Shown: positions 22,829 to 37,278, counted from the first letter of the stretch. The stretch: DNA of 64,000 nt from an uncultured delta proteobacterium (GCA_963816395.1 CAWFKQ010000002.1:32001-96000); one strand, 5' to 3'. A program made the numbers and translations. Notes: generated by a model from the sequence alone, not told the origin.

Positions 22829-24677
22829 TTCCGGCTGGGCCGGTTCTCCCGGTCTGCGCAACCGTTTCCTGATCTTCTCCCTGGCAGCGATCGGCATATT
22901 TCTCCTGCTGATCCTGCGCCTGTGGTACCTGCAGGTCATCAGTACCGAGCGCTACCGTGATCTGTCGGAAAAAAACCGCGTCCGCTATATCCCCATCGTC
23001 GCCTCCCGCGGCCCGATCTTCGACCGTGACGGCAAGATGCTGGTGGACAACCGGCCGGCGTTCACCATTTCCGTGCTGCGCCAGGAGGTCGACGACCGCA
23101 ATCAGCTGCTGGAGCGGCTCTCCAAATACCTTGGGGTGCCGGAGAAGGACCTGTTGCAGCGCTGGGAGGCAGGAAGCCGCTTCCCCCGGTATCGGCCCTT
23201 TCCGCTGGCCGACGACGTGAGCCGCGACATTCTCGAGAAGGTGCAGGAGAATTCCGTCGATCTGCCGGGGATCATGGCCGAGGTCCGGCCCCTGCGTTCC
23301 TATCCGAACGGAGAGATGGCGGCCCACCTCTTCGGCTATCTGGGAGAGATTACCGAGAGTGACCTGCGGAGGCAGACGGAAGACGAGTACCGGCCGGGTG
23401 ACTATATCGGCAAAAGCGGTCTGGAGAAAAAACTGGAAAATTACCTCCGGGGCACCGGCGGGGAGCGGCGGGTGGAGGTGGATGTGCGGGGAAAGGAACT
23501 GCGCCAGCTCAAAGTCCTGGAGCCGGTTCCCGGCGACCGGGTCTATCTGACCATGCAGCTCGATCTGCAACGCGCCACGGAAGCCGCCTTCGGCGATCAG
23601 GCGGGAGCGGCAGTGGTTCTGGATGTCCATACCGGCGAGGTGCTGGCGATGGTCAGCCGCCCTTCCTTCGATCCCGCCGCCTTTGCCCGTGGGATCTCCG
23701 GTGAAGAGTGGATCCGCCTGCTCCAGGATGCCCGTCATCCGCTGCAGAACAAGGCGATCAAGGGGCAGTATCCGCCCGGCTCCACCTTCAAGATCGTGAC
23801 CGCCCTGGCCGCTCTTAAGGCAGGGGTGATCACCCCCGCTACTACGGTTTTTTGTTCCGGGAAATTCGAACTGGGAACCCGGGAGTTCCGCTGCTGGAAA
23901 AGGGGTGGGCACGGCACCGTCGATCTGAAGAAGGCGCTCCGGGAGAGCTGCGACGTCTACTTCTATAAGGTCGGCCTGGAGTTGGGCATCGATCGGATCG
24001 CTGATATGGCCCGGTCTCTCGGCCTGGGGGCGCCCCTGGGTTTTCCGCTGGAGGGCGAGAAGGGAGGGCTGATCCCGACCAGGGAATGGAAGCAGAAGCG
24101 TTTCCAGGATCGCTGGTATGACGGAGAGTCGATCATCGCCGCCATCGGTCAGGGTTACGTTCTGGTCACCCCTTTGCAACTGGCGGTGATGACGGCAGCG
24201 GTGGCCAATGGTGGCACGGTCCTGCGGCCGCGCTTGATTAAACGGGTGGAAGATCTGGCTGGGAAAGATCTGCTGGAAACCAGCCCTGAGGTGATCGATT
24301 CCCTGGGTCTGCGCCCAGGTGATCTGCGCAATGTGCAGCGCGGCATGGAGGCGGTGGTCAATGAACCTCACGGAACCGGCGGGGCCAGCCGTCTGGATGG
24401 CGTCAGGGTGGCGGGGAAAACCGGCAGCGCTCAGGTGGTCAAGCTGAAAGAGGATCGCAACAAGAACGAAGCGACCATTCCCTACCGTTTTCGGGATCAC
24501 GCTCTGTTCATCGCCTATGCGCCGGCTGACCATCCGCAGATCGCAGTGGCGGTGGTGGTGGAGCACGGAATGCACGGCGGCAGCGCCGCCGCCCCCATCG
24601 CCCGAGCCATTTTCGAAAGCTATTTCGGCATATCGCCAAAGGCGACGGGTGTCGAAATGGATAATCCCGGAGACTGA
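22818..24677 (+). CDS. mrdA: Penicillin-binding protein 2
   Basis: RGPIFDRDG, PGSTFK (SxxK), SCD, KTG. Confidence 0.95.
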   Translation: MALNSGWAGSPGLRNRFLIFSLAAIGIFLLLILRLWYLQVISTERYRDLSEKNRVRYIPIVASRGPIFDRDGKMLVDNRPAFTISVLRQEVDDRNQLLERLSKYLGVPEKDLLQRWEAGSRFPRYRPFPLADDVSRDILEKVQENSVDLPGIMAEVRPLRSYPNGEMAAHLFGYLGEITESDLRRQTEDEYRPGDYIGKSGLEKKLENYLRGTGGERRVEVDVRGKELRQLKVLEPVPGDRVYLTMQLDLQRATEAAFGDQAGAAVVLDVHTGEVLAMVSRPSFDPAAFARGISGEEWIRLLQDARHPLQNKAIKGQYPPGSTFKIVTALAALKAGVITPATTVFCSGKFELGTREFRCWKRGGHGTVDLKKALRESCDVYFYKVGLELGIDRIADMARSLGLGAPLGFPLEGEKGGLIPTREWKQKRFQDRWYDGESIIAAIGQGYVLVTPLQLAVMTAAVANGGTVLRPRLIKRVEDLAGKDLLETSPEVIDSLGLRPGDLRNVQRGMEAVVNEPHGTGGASRLDGVRVAGKTGSAQVVKLKEDRNKNEATIPYRFRDHALFIAYAPADHPQIAVAVVVEHGMHGGSAAAPIARAIFESYFGISPKATGVEMDNPGD

Positions 24678-24679
24678 CA

Positions 24680-25774
24680 GTGTTCGACAGACGATTGCTG
24701 ACCCATTTCGACTGGGTGCTGCTGCTGCTGGTCGTGCTGGTGGCGGCCATCGGCATCATCAACTTGTTCAGCGCCACTTCCGCATCGGCAAATGCCCTGC
24801 CCGCCTATCTGAAGCAGGTTTACTGGCTCGGGCTCGGTTTGTTCATCGCGCTGGGGATGTGCGCCTTCGATTACCGTCATCTGGATTATCTTGGTTTTCT
24901 GCTTTACGGTCTCAGTATCCTGCTGTTGCTGATCGTTCTGCTGCTCGGCAAGACCAGCATGGGCGCCACCCGCTGGATCAGCCTCGGCGGCTTCAACCTG
25001 CAGCCGAGTGAGATCATGAAAATTGTCATCATCATCACCCTGGCGCGCTACTTCAGTGCCCGCGACCATTTCAGCGCCTATTCCCTTACGGAACTGGGCG
25101 TTCCTTTCCTTCTGCTGAGCCTGCCCGTCCTGCTGATCGTCAAACAGCCCGATCTGGGCACGGCCATGCTGCTCATCTTTATCGGCGGGACCATCACCCT
25201 GTTCGCCGGGATCCGCCGGCTGACCCTGCTTTGTCTCGGTATCTCCGGCGGCGCGGGGGTCTTCGGCGGCTGGTTCCTGCTGCACGATTACCAGAAGGAG
25301 CGCATCCGCACTTTCCTCGATCCGGAGCGTGATCCCCTGGGTACCGGTTACCACATCATCCAGTCGAAGATTGCCGTGGGCAGCGGCGGTTTTTTCGGCC
25401 GCGGCTTCATGCATGGAACCCAGTCCCAGCTCTCCTTCCTCCCCGAGCGGCATACTGATTTCGCATTTTCCGTCTTTGCCGAGGAATGGGGGTTCGCCGG
25501 ATCCCTGGTGCTGATCCTGCTTTACCTGCTCATCATCATCTGGGGGATCTATATCGCCCGCCGGGCAGCCGACAAATTCGGCATGCTGCTTGCCCTGGGT
25601 GTAGTGGCCATGCTTTTCTGGCATATCGTCGTCAATCTGGGGATGGTCATCGGCCTGCTGCCGGTGGTCGGCGTGCCGCTCCCCCTCTTTTCCTACGGCG
25701 GCACCAGTATGATCACCACCATGATCGGGGTCGGTCTGCTGCTGAACGTCAGCATGCGGCGGTTTAAGTTTTAA
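24680..25774 (+). CDS. rodA: Rod shape-determining protein RodA
   Basis: QPSEIMK, QPDLGTA, LPERHTDF, LPLFSYGG. Confidence 0.95.
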   Translation: MFDRRLLTHFDWVLLLLVVLVAAIGIINLFSATSASANALPAYLKQVYWLGLGLFIALGMCAFDYRHLDYLGFLLYGLSILLLLIVLLLGKTSMGATRWISLGGFNLQPSEIMKIVIIITLARYFSARDHFSAYSLTELGVPFLLLSLPVLLIVKQPDLGTAMLLIFIGGTITLFAGIRRLTLLCLGISGGAGVFGGWFLLHDYQKERIRTFLDPERDPLGTGYHIIQSKIAVGSGGFFGRGFMHGTQSQLSFLPERHTDFAFSVFAEEWGFAGSLVLILLYLLIIIWGIYIARRAADKFGMLLALGVVAMLFWHIVVNLGMVIGLLPVVGVPLPLFSYGGTSMITTMIGVGLLLNVSMRRFKF

Positions 25775-25876
25775 GGGCAGGCGAGAGGCAAGAGGCTTGA
25801 GGCAAGAGGAAATCCCTTTTTCACCTTTTTCCTGAAGGGCTTCCTCCCAGCCTCGCGTCTCCAGCCTCTTGCCTGA
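25775..25876. repeat. Heptamer-repeat inverted element, copy 2
   Basis: caggcgagaggcaagaggcttgaggcaagagg ... cagcctcgcgtctccagcctcttgcctg. Confidence 0.65.
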
Positions 25877-25914
25877 TATACTTGTCACCTCTCTTGCCAA
25901 CTTGGAGCCGCGCG

Positions 25915-26931
25915 ATGAAAGAAGCGATGTTCTGGGAAAAGGCGGCGGCAGGGAAGGTGAAATGCTCCCTCTGCCGTTTCCGCTGCCTGATCGCCGAGGG
26001 CCATCGGGGGGTCTGCGGCGTGCGGGAGAACCGCGAGGGAACCCTGTTCACCCTCGTCTACGGCAAAAGCATCGCCGAGCACGTCGATCCGATCGAGAAA
26101 AAGCCGCTGTTCCATTACCACCCCGGTTCCCAAAGCTTCTCGGTCGCCACCGCCGGCTGCAATTTCCGCTGTCTGCACTGCCAGAACTACCAGATCTCCC
26201 AGCTTCCTCTGACGCACCGGCCGATTCTCGGTGACAACCTGCCGCCGGCGGAGATCGTCCGCCGCGCCCGGGAAGCCGGCTGCCGCAGTATTTCCTATAC
26301 CTATACCGAGCCGACTATTTTCTACGAATACGCCTTCGATACGGCGGTGCCTGCTCACCGGGAAGGGCTCGGCAATGTTTTCGTGACCAACGGCTACATC
26401 ACCGAAGAAGCCTTGACGCACATTGCTCCTTACCTGGATGCCGCCAACGTGGACCTCAAGGGGTTTTCCGAAAAGTTTTACCGGGAGATCGCCGGTGCGA
26501 CCCTGCAGGGCGTGCTCGATTCGCTGCGAGTCTACAAACGGCTGGGGATCTGGCTGGAGATCACAACCCTGATCATCCCTGGTCACAACGACAGCGAGAC
26601 CGACCTGCGCGGCATCGCCCGCTTCATCGCCGAGGAACTCGGAGTCGAAACCCCCTGGCATGTTACCGCCTTCTATCCGACCTACCGCCTGCTCGATACC
26701 CCCCCCACGCCGGTGGAAACCTTGCGCTGGGCCCGTCGGATCGGCCAGGAGGCCGGCCTGAAATACGTCTATGAAGGGAATGTGCCTGGGGAGGGGGGCG
26801 AAAACACCTTCTGCCCCGGCTGCGGCCGGCCGGTCATCGAGCGTACGGGCTTTCGCCTGGGAACGGTTTCCCTCCGCGAGGGGCGCTGCGCTTTCTGCGC
26901 GACGCCGATCGCCGGCATCGGCCTGCCGTAA
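25915..26931 (+). CDS. AmmeMemoRadiSam-system radical SAM enzyme
   Basis: VDPIEKKPLFHYHPG, GCNFRCLHCQNYQIS, YTYTEP, C-terminal CPGC...CAFC. Confidence 0.88.
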   Translation: MKEAMFWEKAAAGKVKCSLCRFRCLIAEGHRGVCGVRENREGTLFTLVYGKSIAEHVDPIEKKPLFHYHPGSQSFSVATAGCNFRCLHCQNYQISQLPLTHRPILGDNLPPAEIVRRAREAGCRSISYTYTEPTIFYEYAFDTAVPAHREGLGNVFVTNGYITEEALTHIAPYLDAANVDLKGFSEKFYREIAGATLQGVLDSLRVYKRLGIWLEITTLIIPGHNDSETDLRGIARFIAEELGVETPWHVTAFYPTYRLLDTPPTPVETLRWARRIGQEAGLKYVYEGNVPGEGGENTFCPGCGRPVIERTGFRLGTVSLREGRCAFCATPIAGIGLP

Positions 26932-27076
26932 CCGGCCGGCCAACGATGTGGCGCGGTTACACGTCTGCCCAGGGCCGGGACCGGACCAGAGAGATTTGAC
27001 ACCTCGCCGCCTCCTGCTAAATTCATTAGAAGAACGAGAGCATTTGCTGCCGATCCCCCTGGAAGGAGGAGAGCGA

Positions 27077-27431
27077 ATGGCGGAGGATACACAACAGGCG
27101 CTGGAGGATCTGGTCAGGCCCCTATTCCGATCCGACGCCATGGTCAAGACCGTCGAGAATGAGGGAGGCTGCTTGATTTCCGCCTCCTGGCGGCTGGGTT
27201 CGCACCGCATGGACAACTGGTCGCGGGAAATTCAGATCCTTATTCCCCGGGAAGTGACCGCGCGTTTCGCCAAGCTGAACGACAAAGGACGCAGCAAAGC
27301 CAAGCGCCAACCTGGTCTCCTTCGTCAAACTGAAGCTCTCCGATTTTCATCCCGAACATGACCGGCCCCGTTATCTCCTGCCGCCCGTGGAAGCCTGGCC
27401 GGTGCGCTACGAGGATATTTTCCCGAAATAG
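27077..27431 (+). CDS. Hypothetical protein, frameshifted near 27307
   Basis: GGAGGAG RBS; MAEDTQQALEDL...; +1 frame continues LVSFVKLKLSDFHPEHD...FPK*. Confidence 0.55.
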
Positions 27432-27520
27432 AAACGGCGAAGCAGGTGGGAGATGGAAAATTCGAGGCTGATGGTGAACAGGAGGATGAGGTCGAATCCG
27501 GCCATCGATTCCACTTGGCG

Positions 27521-28882
27521 TCAATCCGCAGGGTCTTCCTGCGCCGCGCCGTTTTTGCGCCCGCCCCGACGCAGTTCCTCCCAGTAGCGCAGGCGCTCGC
27601 CGATGAGCTTCTCGTAGCCCCGCTCGACAGGCTGGTAGAAGCGCCGGCCCTGCAGGGCTTCCGGCAGATGCTCCTGGGGCAGATAACCCTGCTCGGAATC
27701 GTGGGCATAGCGGTAATTCCTGCCGTAGCCCAGTTCTTTCATCAGGCGGGTGGGGGCATTGCGAATATGCAGCGGTACCGGCAGGGCGCCGCTCCGACGC
27801 ACCTCCGCCAGGGCTTGCTCAATGCCGCGATAGGAGGCGTTGCTTTTCGGTGCAGTGGCCAGGTAAGTCACCGCCTGGGCCAGGTTTATGCGCCCCTCGG
27901 GCAGCCCGACGAAATGTACGGCCTGCTGCACCGTCATCGCAACCTGCAGGGCACGCGGATCGGCGTTGCCGACATCCTCGGAGGCGAAGATCACCATCCG
28001 CCGGGCGATGAACAGGGGATCTTCGCCGGCCTCCAGCATCCGCGCCAGCCAGTAAAGCGCGGCATCAGGATCGGAGCCGCGCAGGCTTTTGATGAAGGCG
28101 GAGATGACATTGTAGTGCTCCTCTGCTCCCTTGTCGTAGAGCAAAGCTTTTTTCTGCAGCGCTTCCTGAAAGTCCGTCGTCGTGATCTCGCCAGCAGCAG
28201 CTGCTGCCGCCACTTCCAGGGTGTTGAGGGCAATGCGGGCATCGCCATGCGCTTGCTCAGCCAGCCAGTCGAGGGCTTCTCCGGCCACCTGCAGTTTCTC
28301 CTCCGCCAGCCCTCGCGGGTCGGTGAGGGCGCGGCGCAGAAGGATGCCGATCGCCGCCGGGTCCAGGGGGTGCAGGACGAAAACCCGGGAACGGGAAAGG
28401 AGAGCGGAGTTGACCTCGAAGGAGGGGTTTTCGGTGGTGGCGCCGATGAGGATGATGTCCCCGCGTTCCACATAGGGGAGGAAGGCATCCTGCTGCGCCT
28501 TGTTGAAACGATGGATTTCGTCAACGAAAAGCAAGGTCTTGCGCCCGTGGAACGCCTTCTCCTCTTTTGCCCGGGCGACGATCTCCCGCACCTCTTTTAC
28601 CCCTTGCAGGACAGCGGAGAAGAAGATCAGGCGACTGGCGGTGGCGTGCGCAATGACCTGGCCGAGTGTCGTTTTGCCGGTCCCCGGCGGTCCCCAGAAA
28701 ATTACTGAAGAGAGACGGTCGGTTTCGATCAACCGGCGCAGCACCTTGCCTTCTCCGAGCAGGTGCTCCTGCCCTACCATTTCTTCAAGGGTGCGAGGGC
28801 GCAGTCTCTCGGCCAGGGGAATATCTCCCGCAGCCCTGCCTCCCTGCTCAAAAAGGTCCATCTCCAGGTCTCCAGAGGTCAA
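27521..28882 (-). CDS. rarA: Replication-associated recombination protein A
   Basis: PLAERLRP, WGPPGTGKTT, DEIHRFNKAQQD, SAFIKSLRGSD. Confidence 0.94.
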   Translation of the reverse strand: MTSGDLEMDLFEQGGRAAGDIPLAERLRPRTLEEMVGQEHLLGEGKVLRRLIETDRLSSVIFWGPPGTGKTTLGQVIAHATASRLIFFSAVLQGVKEVREIVARAKEEKAFHGRKTLLFVDEIHRFNKAQQDAFLPYVERGDIILIGATTENPSFEVNSALLSRSRVFVLHPLDPAAIGILLRRALTDPRGLAEEKLQVAGEALDWLAEQAHGDARIALNTLEVAAAAAAGEITTTDFQEALQKKALLYDKGAEEHYNVISAFIKSLRGSDPDAALYWLARMLEAGEDPLFIARRMVIFASEDVGNADPRALQVAMTVQQAVHFVGLPEGRINLAQAVTYLATAPKSNASYRGIEQALAEVRRSGALPVPLHIRNAPTRLMKELGYGRNYRYAHDSEQGYLPQEHLPEALQGRRFYQPVERGYEKLIGERLRYWEELRRGGRKNGAAQEDPAD

Positions 28883-29003
28883 ACGGAAGAAATCACTATA
28901 CGCCCGCTGCTACCCCCGTGCAAGGCCGTAAACCAGCGAAAGCGATAGACTTCACCGGAGGCGTGTGCTACATTTCAGCAGTTTTCGGAGGAGTGGGAAG
29001 AGC

Positions 29004-29862
29004 ATGAAGCGGATCGGAATCTACGCCAAGCGCAACCACCCCGACGCGGTGCGGATAGCCCGGGAGGTCGCCGATTGGCTGCAGGAGCGGGGGATCGAAG
29101 TTTTCTTCGACAACCCTTTGGCCGAGGAGATCGGCAAGGGCGTTCCCGGATACCCTGGCGGCTCCATCCCGGCCATGGTCGACCTGATCATCGTCCTTGG
29201 CGGCGACGGCACCCTGATTTCGGTGGCCCGCCTGGTGGGCGATCTGCGTACCCCCATTCTCGGCGTTAATCTGGGAAGCCTCGGTTTTCTCACCGAAATC
29301 ACCCTGGGGGAGATCTATCCTATCCTGGAGCAGGTGGTCCAGGGAGAGTTCACCGTTTCCAGCCGCATGATGCTCGAGGCGGTAGTGCGCCGGGGCTCTC
29401 TGGAGACCGGTCGCTACCGCGTCCTGAACGATGTGGTGATCAACAAGGGGGCGCTGGCCCGCATCATCGACATGGAGGCCTGGGTGGATGAGGCCTACCT
29501 GACCACGTTCAAGGCGGACGGCCTGATTATTGCCTCTCCTACGGGCTCCACTGGTTACAATCTTGCAGCCGGCGGCCCGATTATCTATCCCGGGCCTGAA
29601 CTGTCTGGTCGTCTCCCCTATCTGTCCGCACATGCTGACTAATCGGCCGATCATCGTTTCCGACCGGTCGGTTATCCGCGTGGAGGTCAAATTCCAGGAC
29701 GAGGACGTGGTGTTCACCGCCGATGGGCAGGTGGGCATGCCTCTGCTGGGGGGCGATGTGGTCGAAGTCAGGAAATCGCGCAGCAACACCCTGCTGGTGA
29801 AAAGTCCGACCAAAGACTATTTCGAGGTGCTGCGCACCAAACTGAGATGGGGGGAGAGATGA
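29004..29862 (+). CDS. nadK: NAD kinase, frameshifted near 29593
   Basis: LGGDGT, GSLGFL, LND, ADG...PTGSTGYNLAAGG, PICPH. Confidence 0.93.
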
Positions 29863-29865
29863 ATC

Positions 29866-29957
29866 TCAGGCAGGGCTGAGGCAAGAGGCAGAGGAGAACC
29901 TAGCCTTCAGGCCCTTGCCCCTCCCTCCTGCCCCTTGCCTCTAGCCGCTTGCCTGGG
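29866..29957. repeat. Heptamer-repeat inverted element, copy 3
   Basis: caggcagggctgaggcaagaggcagagg ... cctgccccttgcctctagccgcttgcctg. Confidence 0.6.
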
Positions 29958-29964
29958 ATTTCTT

Positions 29965-31627
29965 ATGCTTATCGAACTGGCCATCCGCAACTTCGCTATT
30001 ATCGATCGCCTGCAGGTGCGTTTCAGCCGGGGTTTCAGCGTTCTCACCGGCGAGACGGGCGCAGGCAAGTCGATCATCATCGACGCCGTCGGTCTGCTCC
30101 TCGGCGAGCGGGCGCGTCCCGAACTGATCCGTACCGGGGAGGAGGAGGCGACGGTGGAAGCGCTGTTCGATCTTTCTGCCAGGCCGGAGGTGCGTCGGGA
30201 ATTGGCGGAAGCCGGTTTCGATGGGGAGGAGGAACTGCTGGCCAAACGGGTGATCTCGCGCGGCGGTAAAAACCGGGTTTATATTAACGGCTCCCTGGCC
30301 AAGCTGGCCCAGTTGGAGAGTGTTGTCGCGCAGTTGATTGCCATCTATGGTCAGCATGAGCACCAGCAGTTGCAGCGGACCGAAATTCATTTGGCGCTCC
30401 TCGACAGGTTCGCCGGTCTGGAAGGGGAGGTCGGCGCTTACCGGCACTTTTACCAGGAGGTTTCGGAAGCGGCGGAACGCCTGCGACAGTTGACGGAGGC
30501 AGAGCGTGAGCGACAGCACCGACTTGACCTGCTGGGTTTCCAGAGCCGGGAGATTGCCGGCGCTGGACTGCGGGAAGGGGAGGACGAAGAATTGCAGGCG
30601 GAGCGACTGCTGCTGCAGAACTCCGGCCGCCTTTCAACGGCCGCGGAGGGAGGGTATGACATCCTTTACGGCGCCGAGGGGGCGATATGCGAGCGTTTGG
30701 GCGCAGTTGCCAACGATCTTGAGGAGCTGACCGCCATCGAGCCCCGGTTCACAGAACTGGCGGAGACACTCCGCAGCTGTCTCTACTCCCTGGAGGATGC
30801 GGCCGGCCAGTTGCGCGGCTATGCTGGGCACATAGCATTCGACCCAGAGCGGCAGGCCCGGGTGGAGGAGCGGCTGGCTCAAATCGCTAGCCTGAAGCGC
30901 AAGTATGCCCCAACTCTTGGCGAAATTCTTCGTTGCCAACAGGAGATCGACCGGGAACTCGGGGAACTGACCGACGCCGAATCGGTTCGCGAGGGGTTAC
31001 AGAAGAAGATAATGGTCGCCCGCGAGCGTCTGCTGCTGGCCGGCAAGACCTTGTCCGCCGCTCGCCTGCAGGCAGGCCGCGCGGCTGCGGCAGTCGGTCG
31101 AAGCGGAACTGAAGGATCTCGCTCTGGATAAGGCTCACTTCGAAATTCGCTTCTTCCCTTTGACCGAACCGGGCCCCCAGGGACTGGAACGGGGGGAATT
31201 CTACCTCGCCCCCAACCCCGGGGAAGAGCCGCGGCCGTTGGCCTGGATCGCCTCAGGGGGAGAGCTCTCGCGCATCATGCTGGCGATCAAGAGGGCGGCG
31301 CCTGAGAGCGAGGGCATTCCGACCCTGGTTTTCGATGAGGTCGATGCCGGTATCGGCGGCGCGGCCGCCACCGCGGTCGGCCAGAAACTGGCAGGAGTGG
31401 CTCAAGGTGCTCAGGTACTCTGCATTACCCATTTGCCGCAGGTAGCCGCTTTCGCCGATAATCATTACCAGGTGGAAAAACGCGAAGAGGAAGGGCGGAC
31501 CCTGACTTCAGTGGTGCGCCTGGGTGAAGAAGAGCGGGTCCGGGAGATGGCGCGCATGCTCGGAGGTGCCCGGGTGACGGAGCGCACCTTGGAACACGCG
31601 CGGGAAATCATTGCCCAGTCGCGCTGA
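29965..31627 (+). CDS. recN: DNA repair protein RecN, frameshifted near 31075
   Basis: LTGETGAGKSII, ASGGELSR, FDEVDAG, ITHLPQVAA. Confidence 0.94.
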
Positions 31628-31692
31628 TTTTGCCCAAAAACGTTCCCTTTCCGGTCAAATAACCGGACCGCCCAGGCCGAGGAGCCGTCTGC

Positions 31693-32142
31693 ATGATCCG
31701 CAAAGCGCGTATTCCGGATGCCAGGTCCATTCACAAGCTGCTCACCGATTATGCCCGGGAGGGGCTGATGCTCCCCCGTTCCCTCTCCGATATCTACGAG
31801 ACGATCCGGGATTTTTATGTCTTTGAGGAGTCCGGCCGGGTGGTGGGGACGGTTTGTCTGCACATCTGCTGGGAAGATCTGGCCGAGGTTCGTTCTCTGG
31901 CGGTAGCTGCGGATGCCGGTCGGCGGGGGATCGGTCGCCAGTTGGTTAAGGCCTGTCTTGAAGAGGCCCGAACCATCGGCGTACGGCGCGTTTTCGCTCT
32001 AACCTACCAGCAAATCTTTTTCGAAAAGCTTGGCTTTAGCCTCATTGATAAATCTGAACTGCCGCATAAAATCTGGGGAGATTGTCTGAAGTGCGCAAAA
32101 TTCCCCGATTGTGACGAAATTTCCATGAGTTTTGATCTTTAA
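31693..32142 (+). CDS. GNAT N-acetyltransferase (short ArgA-like N-acetylglutamate synthase)
   Basis: MLPRSLS, LAEVRSLAV, VFALTY, LPHKIWGDCLKC; argJ nearby. Confidence 0.8.
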   Translation: MIRKARIPDARSIHKLLTDYAREGLMLPRSLSDIYETIRDFYVFEESGRVVGTVCLHICWEDLAEVRSLAVAADAGRRGIGRQLVKACLEEARTIGVRRVFALTYQQIFFEKLGFSLIDKSELPHKIWGDCLKCAKFPDCDEISMSFDL

Positions 32143-32269
32143 TGGCATTTTTATTGCTCCTCATTCCAGAGAAAAATTTTCCTGGCGAGAGCCAAAAGGG
32201 TTGACAGGTGCAGGAAAGATGCTTTATTAAATCTTGAATTTTCATTAAATCGCCGGCTGCCGCCGGTTT

Positions 32270-33151
32270 TTGAAGGAGGGTTTTTTGTCGGCCAGGAAGT
32301 TTACCGTCCTCGTCATTCCGGAGGGTTCCCACCGCGTTCGGCGCTTCAGCCTCCGCCGCGGGATGCTGCAGGCTTGTCTCGCGGCCGTCCTGGGGCTGAT
32401 CCTGGCGATTTCCCTGCTGGCCTACGATTATTTCAACACCAGTCTCGATCGGAGTGAACTGCACCGGCTCAAGGCCCAGAACCGCCTCCAGCAGAAAGAA
32501 TTGCAACGGTTCACCGCCAGCATCGAGGATCTGCGCAAAGAGATGGTCGTCCTTTCTCAGAATGATGCCAAGGTCCGGGTGCTGGCCCGGTTGTCGAAAC
32601 CCCGCTCAGATGCGCTGACTGGGATGGGCGGACCGGCCGAGGAGGAAGGCACCGACTTCTCCAGCCTGCAGCAGCAGATCGATGCGATGCGGGCAGCCAT
32701 TGATCTGCGGAGGGAAAGCCAGGAGGAAATCCAGGGTTTTCTTAATGACCAGCGCTCCCTGCTGGCAGCCAAGCCCAAAGGGTGGCCTGTCAAGGGGTGG
32801 GTTACTTCCGGCTTCGGCATGCGCCATTCCCCATTCACCGGCAAATTGAAAATGCACGAGGGGTTGGATATCGCCGCCCGCACCGGCACCTCGGTGGGTG
32901 CCGCCGCCGACGGCATCGTCAGCCAGGCGGAAACCGTTCCCGGCTACGGCAAGCTGGTGGTTATCGATCACGGCTACGGCTTCAAGACTTATTACGGGCA
33001 CAACTCCAAGATCTTCGTCAAGGTCGGCCAGCGGGTGAATCGTGGAGATAAGATCTCCGCGGTCGGCAGCACCGGCAGCTCAACCGGCCCCCATCTCCAT
33101 TATGAGGTCCGCCTGAACGGCGTTCCCCTCAACCCGAAAAAGTACATCTGA
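32270..33151 (+). CDS. M23 family metallopeptidase
   Basis: TM plus coiled coil, [15 protein letters not shown]. Confidence 0.9.
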   Translation: MKEGFLSARKFTVLVIPEGSHRVRRFSLRRGMLQACLAAVLGLILAISLLAYDYFNTSLDRSELHRLKAQNRLQQKELQRFTASIEDLRKEMVVLSQNDAKVRVLARLSKPRSDALTGMGGPAEEEGTDFSSLQQQIDAMRAAIDLRRESQEEIQGFLNDQRSLLAAKPKGWPVKGWVTSGFGMRHSPFTGKLKMHEGLDIAARTGTSVGAAADGIVSQAETVPGYGKLVVIDHGYGFKTYYGHNSKIFVKVGQRVNRGDKISAVGSTGSSTGPHLHYEVRLNGVPLNPKKYI

Positions 33152-33312
33152 CTCCATCCAGACAGAAATTTAACCTGAGTTGCCGGGCCGGTTCGAACCG
33201 GGCGGGAGAGGTGTTTCTTCCTTGTGGGGGGGCGGGGGGTATGCTAGACTTTGCGGGTTTCACCGGCAGGGGCAAATCCCCCTTTCCGCGATACCCTTTG
33301 GAGACGGGCTTA

Positions 33313-35997
<2,685 letters not shown>

Positions 35998-36035
35998 GTT
36001 TCGGGTAGTTGTTCTAGTCGATCCCTGGGGAGTGC

Positions 36036-37244
36036 GTGGCCATGAGCGATAGGAAGGAATTCCGCGGGGTAAAGGGGTTCAAATTTGCTGCCCGCCCGGC
36101 CGGCCTGAAGAAATCGGGCAAGCCGGACCTGGCCATGATCTATTCGGAAGTGCCCGCCAGCTGTGCCGGAGTGTTTACTACCAACCGGGTGGTGGCAGCG
36201 CCGGTGGTGGTCACCATTCCCCGTATCCGGGGCGGTCTCTGCCAGGCGGTACTGGTCAACAGCGGCAATGCCAATGCCTGCACCGGCGAAGCCGGCCTGC
36301 GGGATGCCTTACGCTGCGGCGAGTTGGCGGCGCACGCCCTGGGAATTCCGGAGGAACTGGTGGCTGTTTCCTCCACCGGGGTGATCGGAACCCCTTTGCC
36401 GATGGACAAATTTGAGCGGCATGTGCCTCTCATGGCTGGGGATCTGGCGGCCGAGCGGGTCGAGGAGATGGCCCGGGCGATAATGACCACCGATTCCTTC
36501 CCCAAACTGGCCTCCGTCCGGGGAAGCGCCGGTGGTTATGAGTACACAGTGCTTGGCGTAGCCAAGGGTGCGGGAATGATCCACCCTAACATGGCCACCA
36601 TGCTCGCCTTCGTCCTCACCGATGCCCGGGTGGCCGCCGGCTTTCTCCAGGAAGCTTTGCGGGAGGCTGTTGACCATTCGTTCAACTGCATCACTGTCGA
36701 TGGCGATACCTCCACCAATGACATGGTGCTGCTCCTCGCTAACGGGGCGGCGGAAACCCCCGAGATCGGTGGCGGTACGGCCGAAAGCCAGCTCTTCGGG
36801 GAGCTTCTGCAGGCGGTTCTGCTCGATCTTGCCAAAATGATCGTCCGTGATGGCGAGGGAGCGACCAAGCTGGTGCAGATCCGCGTACAGGGGGCGAGAG
36901 ACGCCGCCGAGGCCCATCTGGCAGCCCGCAGCGTCGCCACTTCCAGCCTGGTGAAGACCGCCTTTTTTGGCGAGGATGCCAATTGGGGCCGGATTATCGC
37001 CGCTGTCGGCTATTCCGGCGCCCAGGTGGATCCCGACCGGATCGTCATCCTCTTTGATGACGTGCCGGTGGTCCGAGACGGCATCTCCACCGGCAAGGAG
37101 CTCGAGGAGCGGGCGACGGCCGTGCTCAAGACCGCCGAGTTCACCGTTACCATTGATCTGCAGCAGGGGGATGGTGAAGCGGTCTACTACACCTCCGACC
37201 TCACTTATGACTACATAAAAATCAACGCCGCCTACCGGACCTGA
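36036..37244 (+). CDS. argJ: Glutamate N-acetyltransferase
   Basis: NSGNANACTG, KGAGMIHPNMATML, VDGDTSTND, DGEGATK, NWGRI. Confidence 0.96.
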   Translation: MAMSDRKEFRGVKGFKFAARPAGLKKSGKPDLAMIYSEVPASCAGVFTTNRVVAAPVVVTIPRIRGGLCQAVLVNSGNANACTGEAGLRDALRCGELAAHALGIPEELVAVSSTGVIGTPLPMDKFERHVPLMAGDLAAERVEEMARAIMTTDSFPKLASVRGSAGGYEYTVLGVAKGAGMIHPNMATMLAFVLTDARVAAGFLQEALREAVDHSFNCITVDGDTSTNDMVLLLANGAAETPEIGGGTAESQLFGELLQAVLLDLAKMIVRDGEGATKLVQIRVQGARDAAEAHLAARSVATSSLVKTAFFGEDANWGRIIAAVGYSGAQVDPDRIVILFDDVPVVRDGISTGKELEERATAVLKTAEFTVTIDLQQGDGEAVYYTSDLTYDYIKINAAYRT

Positions 37245-37278
37245 TCCGATCAGGTGCATCAGCTATTCACCGATTGCA

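Noticed and set aside
25915..26931. Radical SAM gene as part of a RiPP or cofactor cluster
   Set aside because: Matches the common AmmeMemoRadiSam enzyme; no precursor peptide or tailoring genes adjacent.
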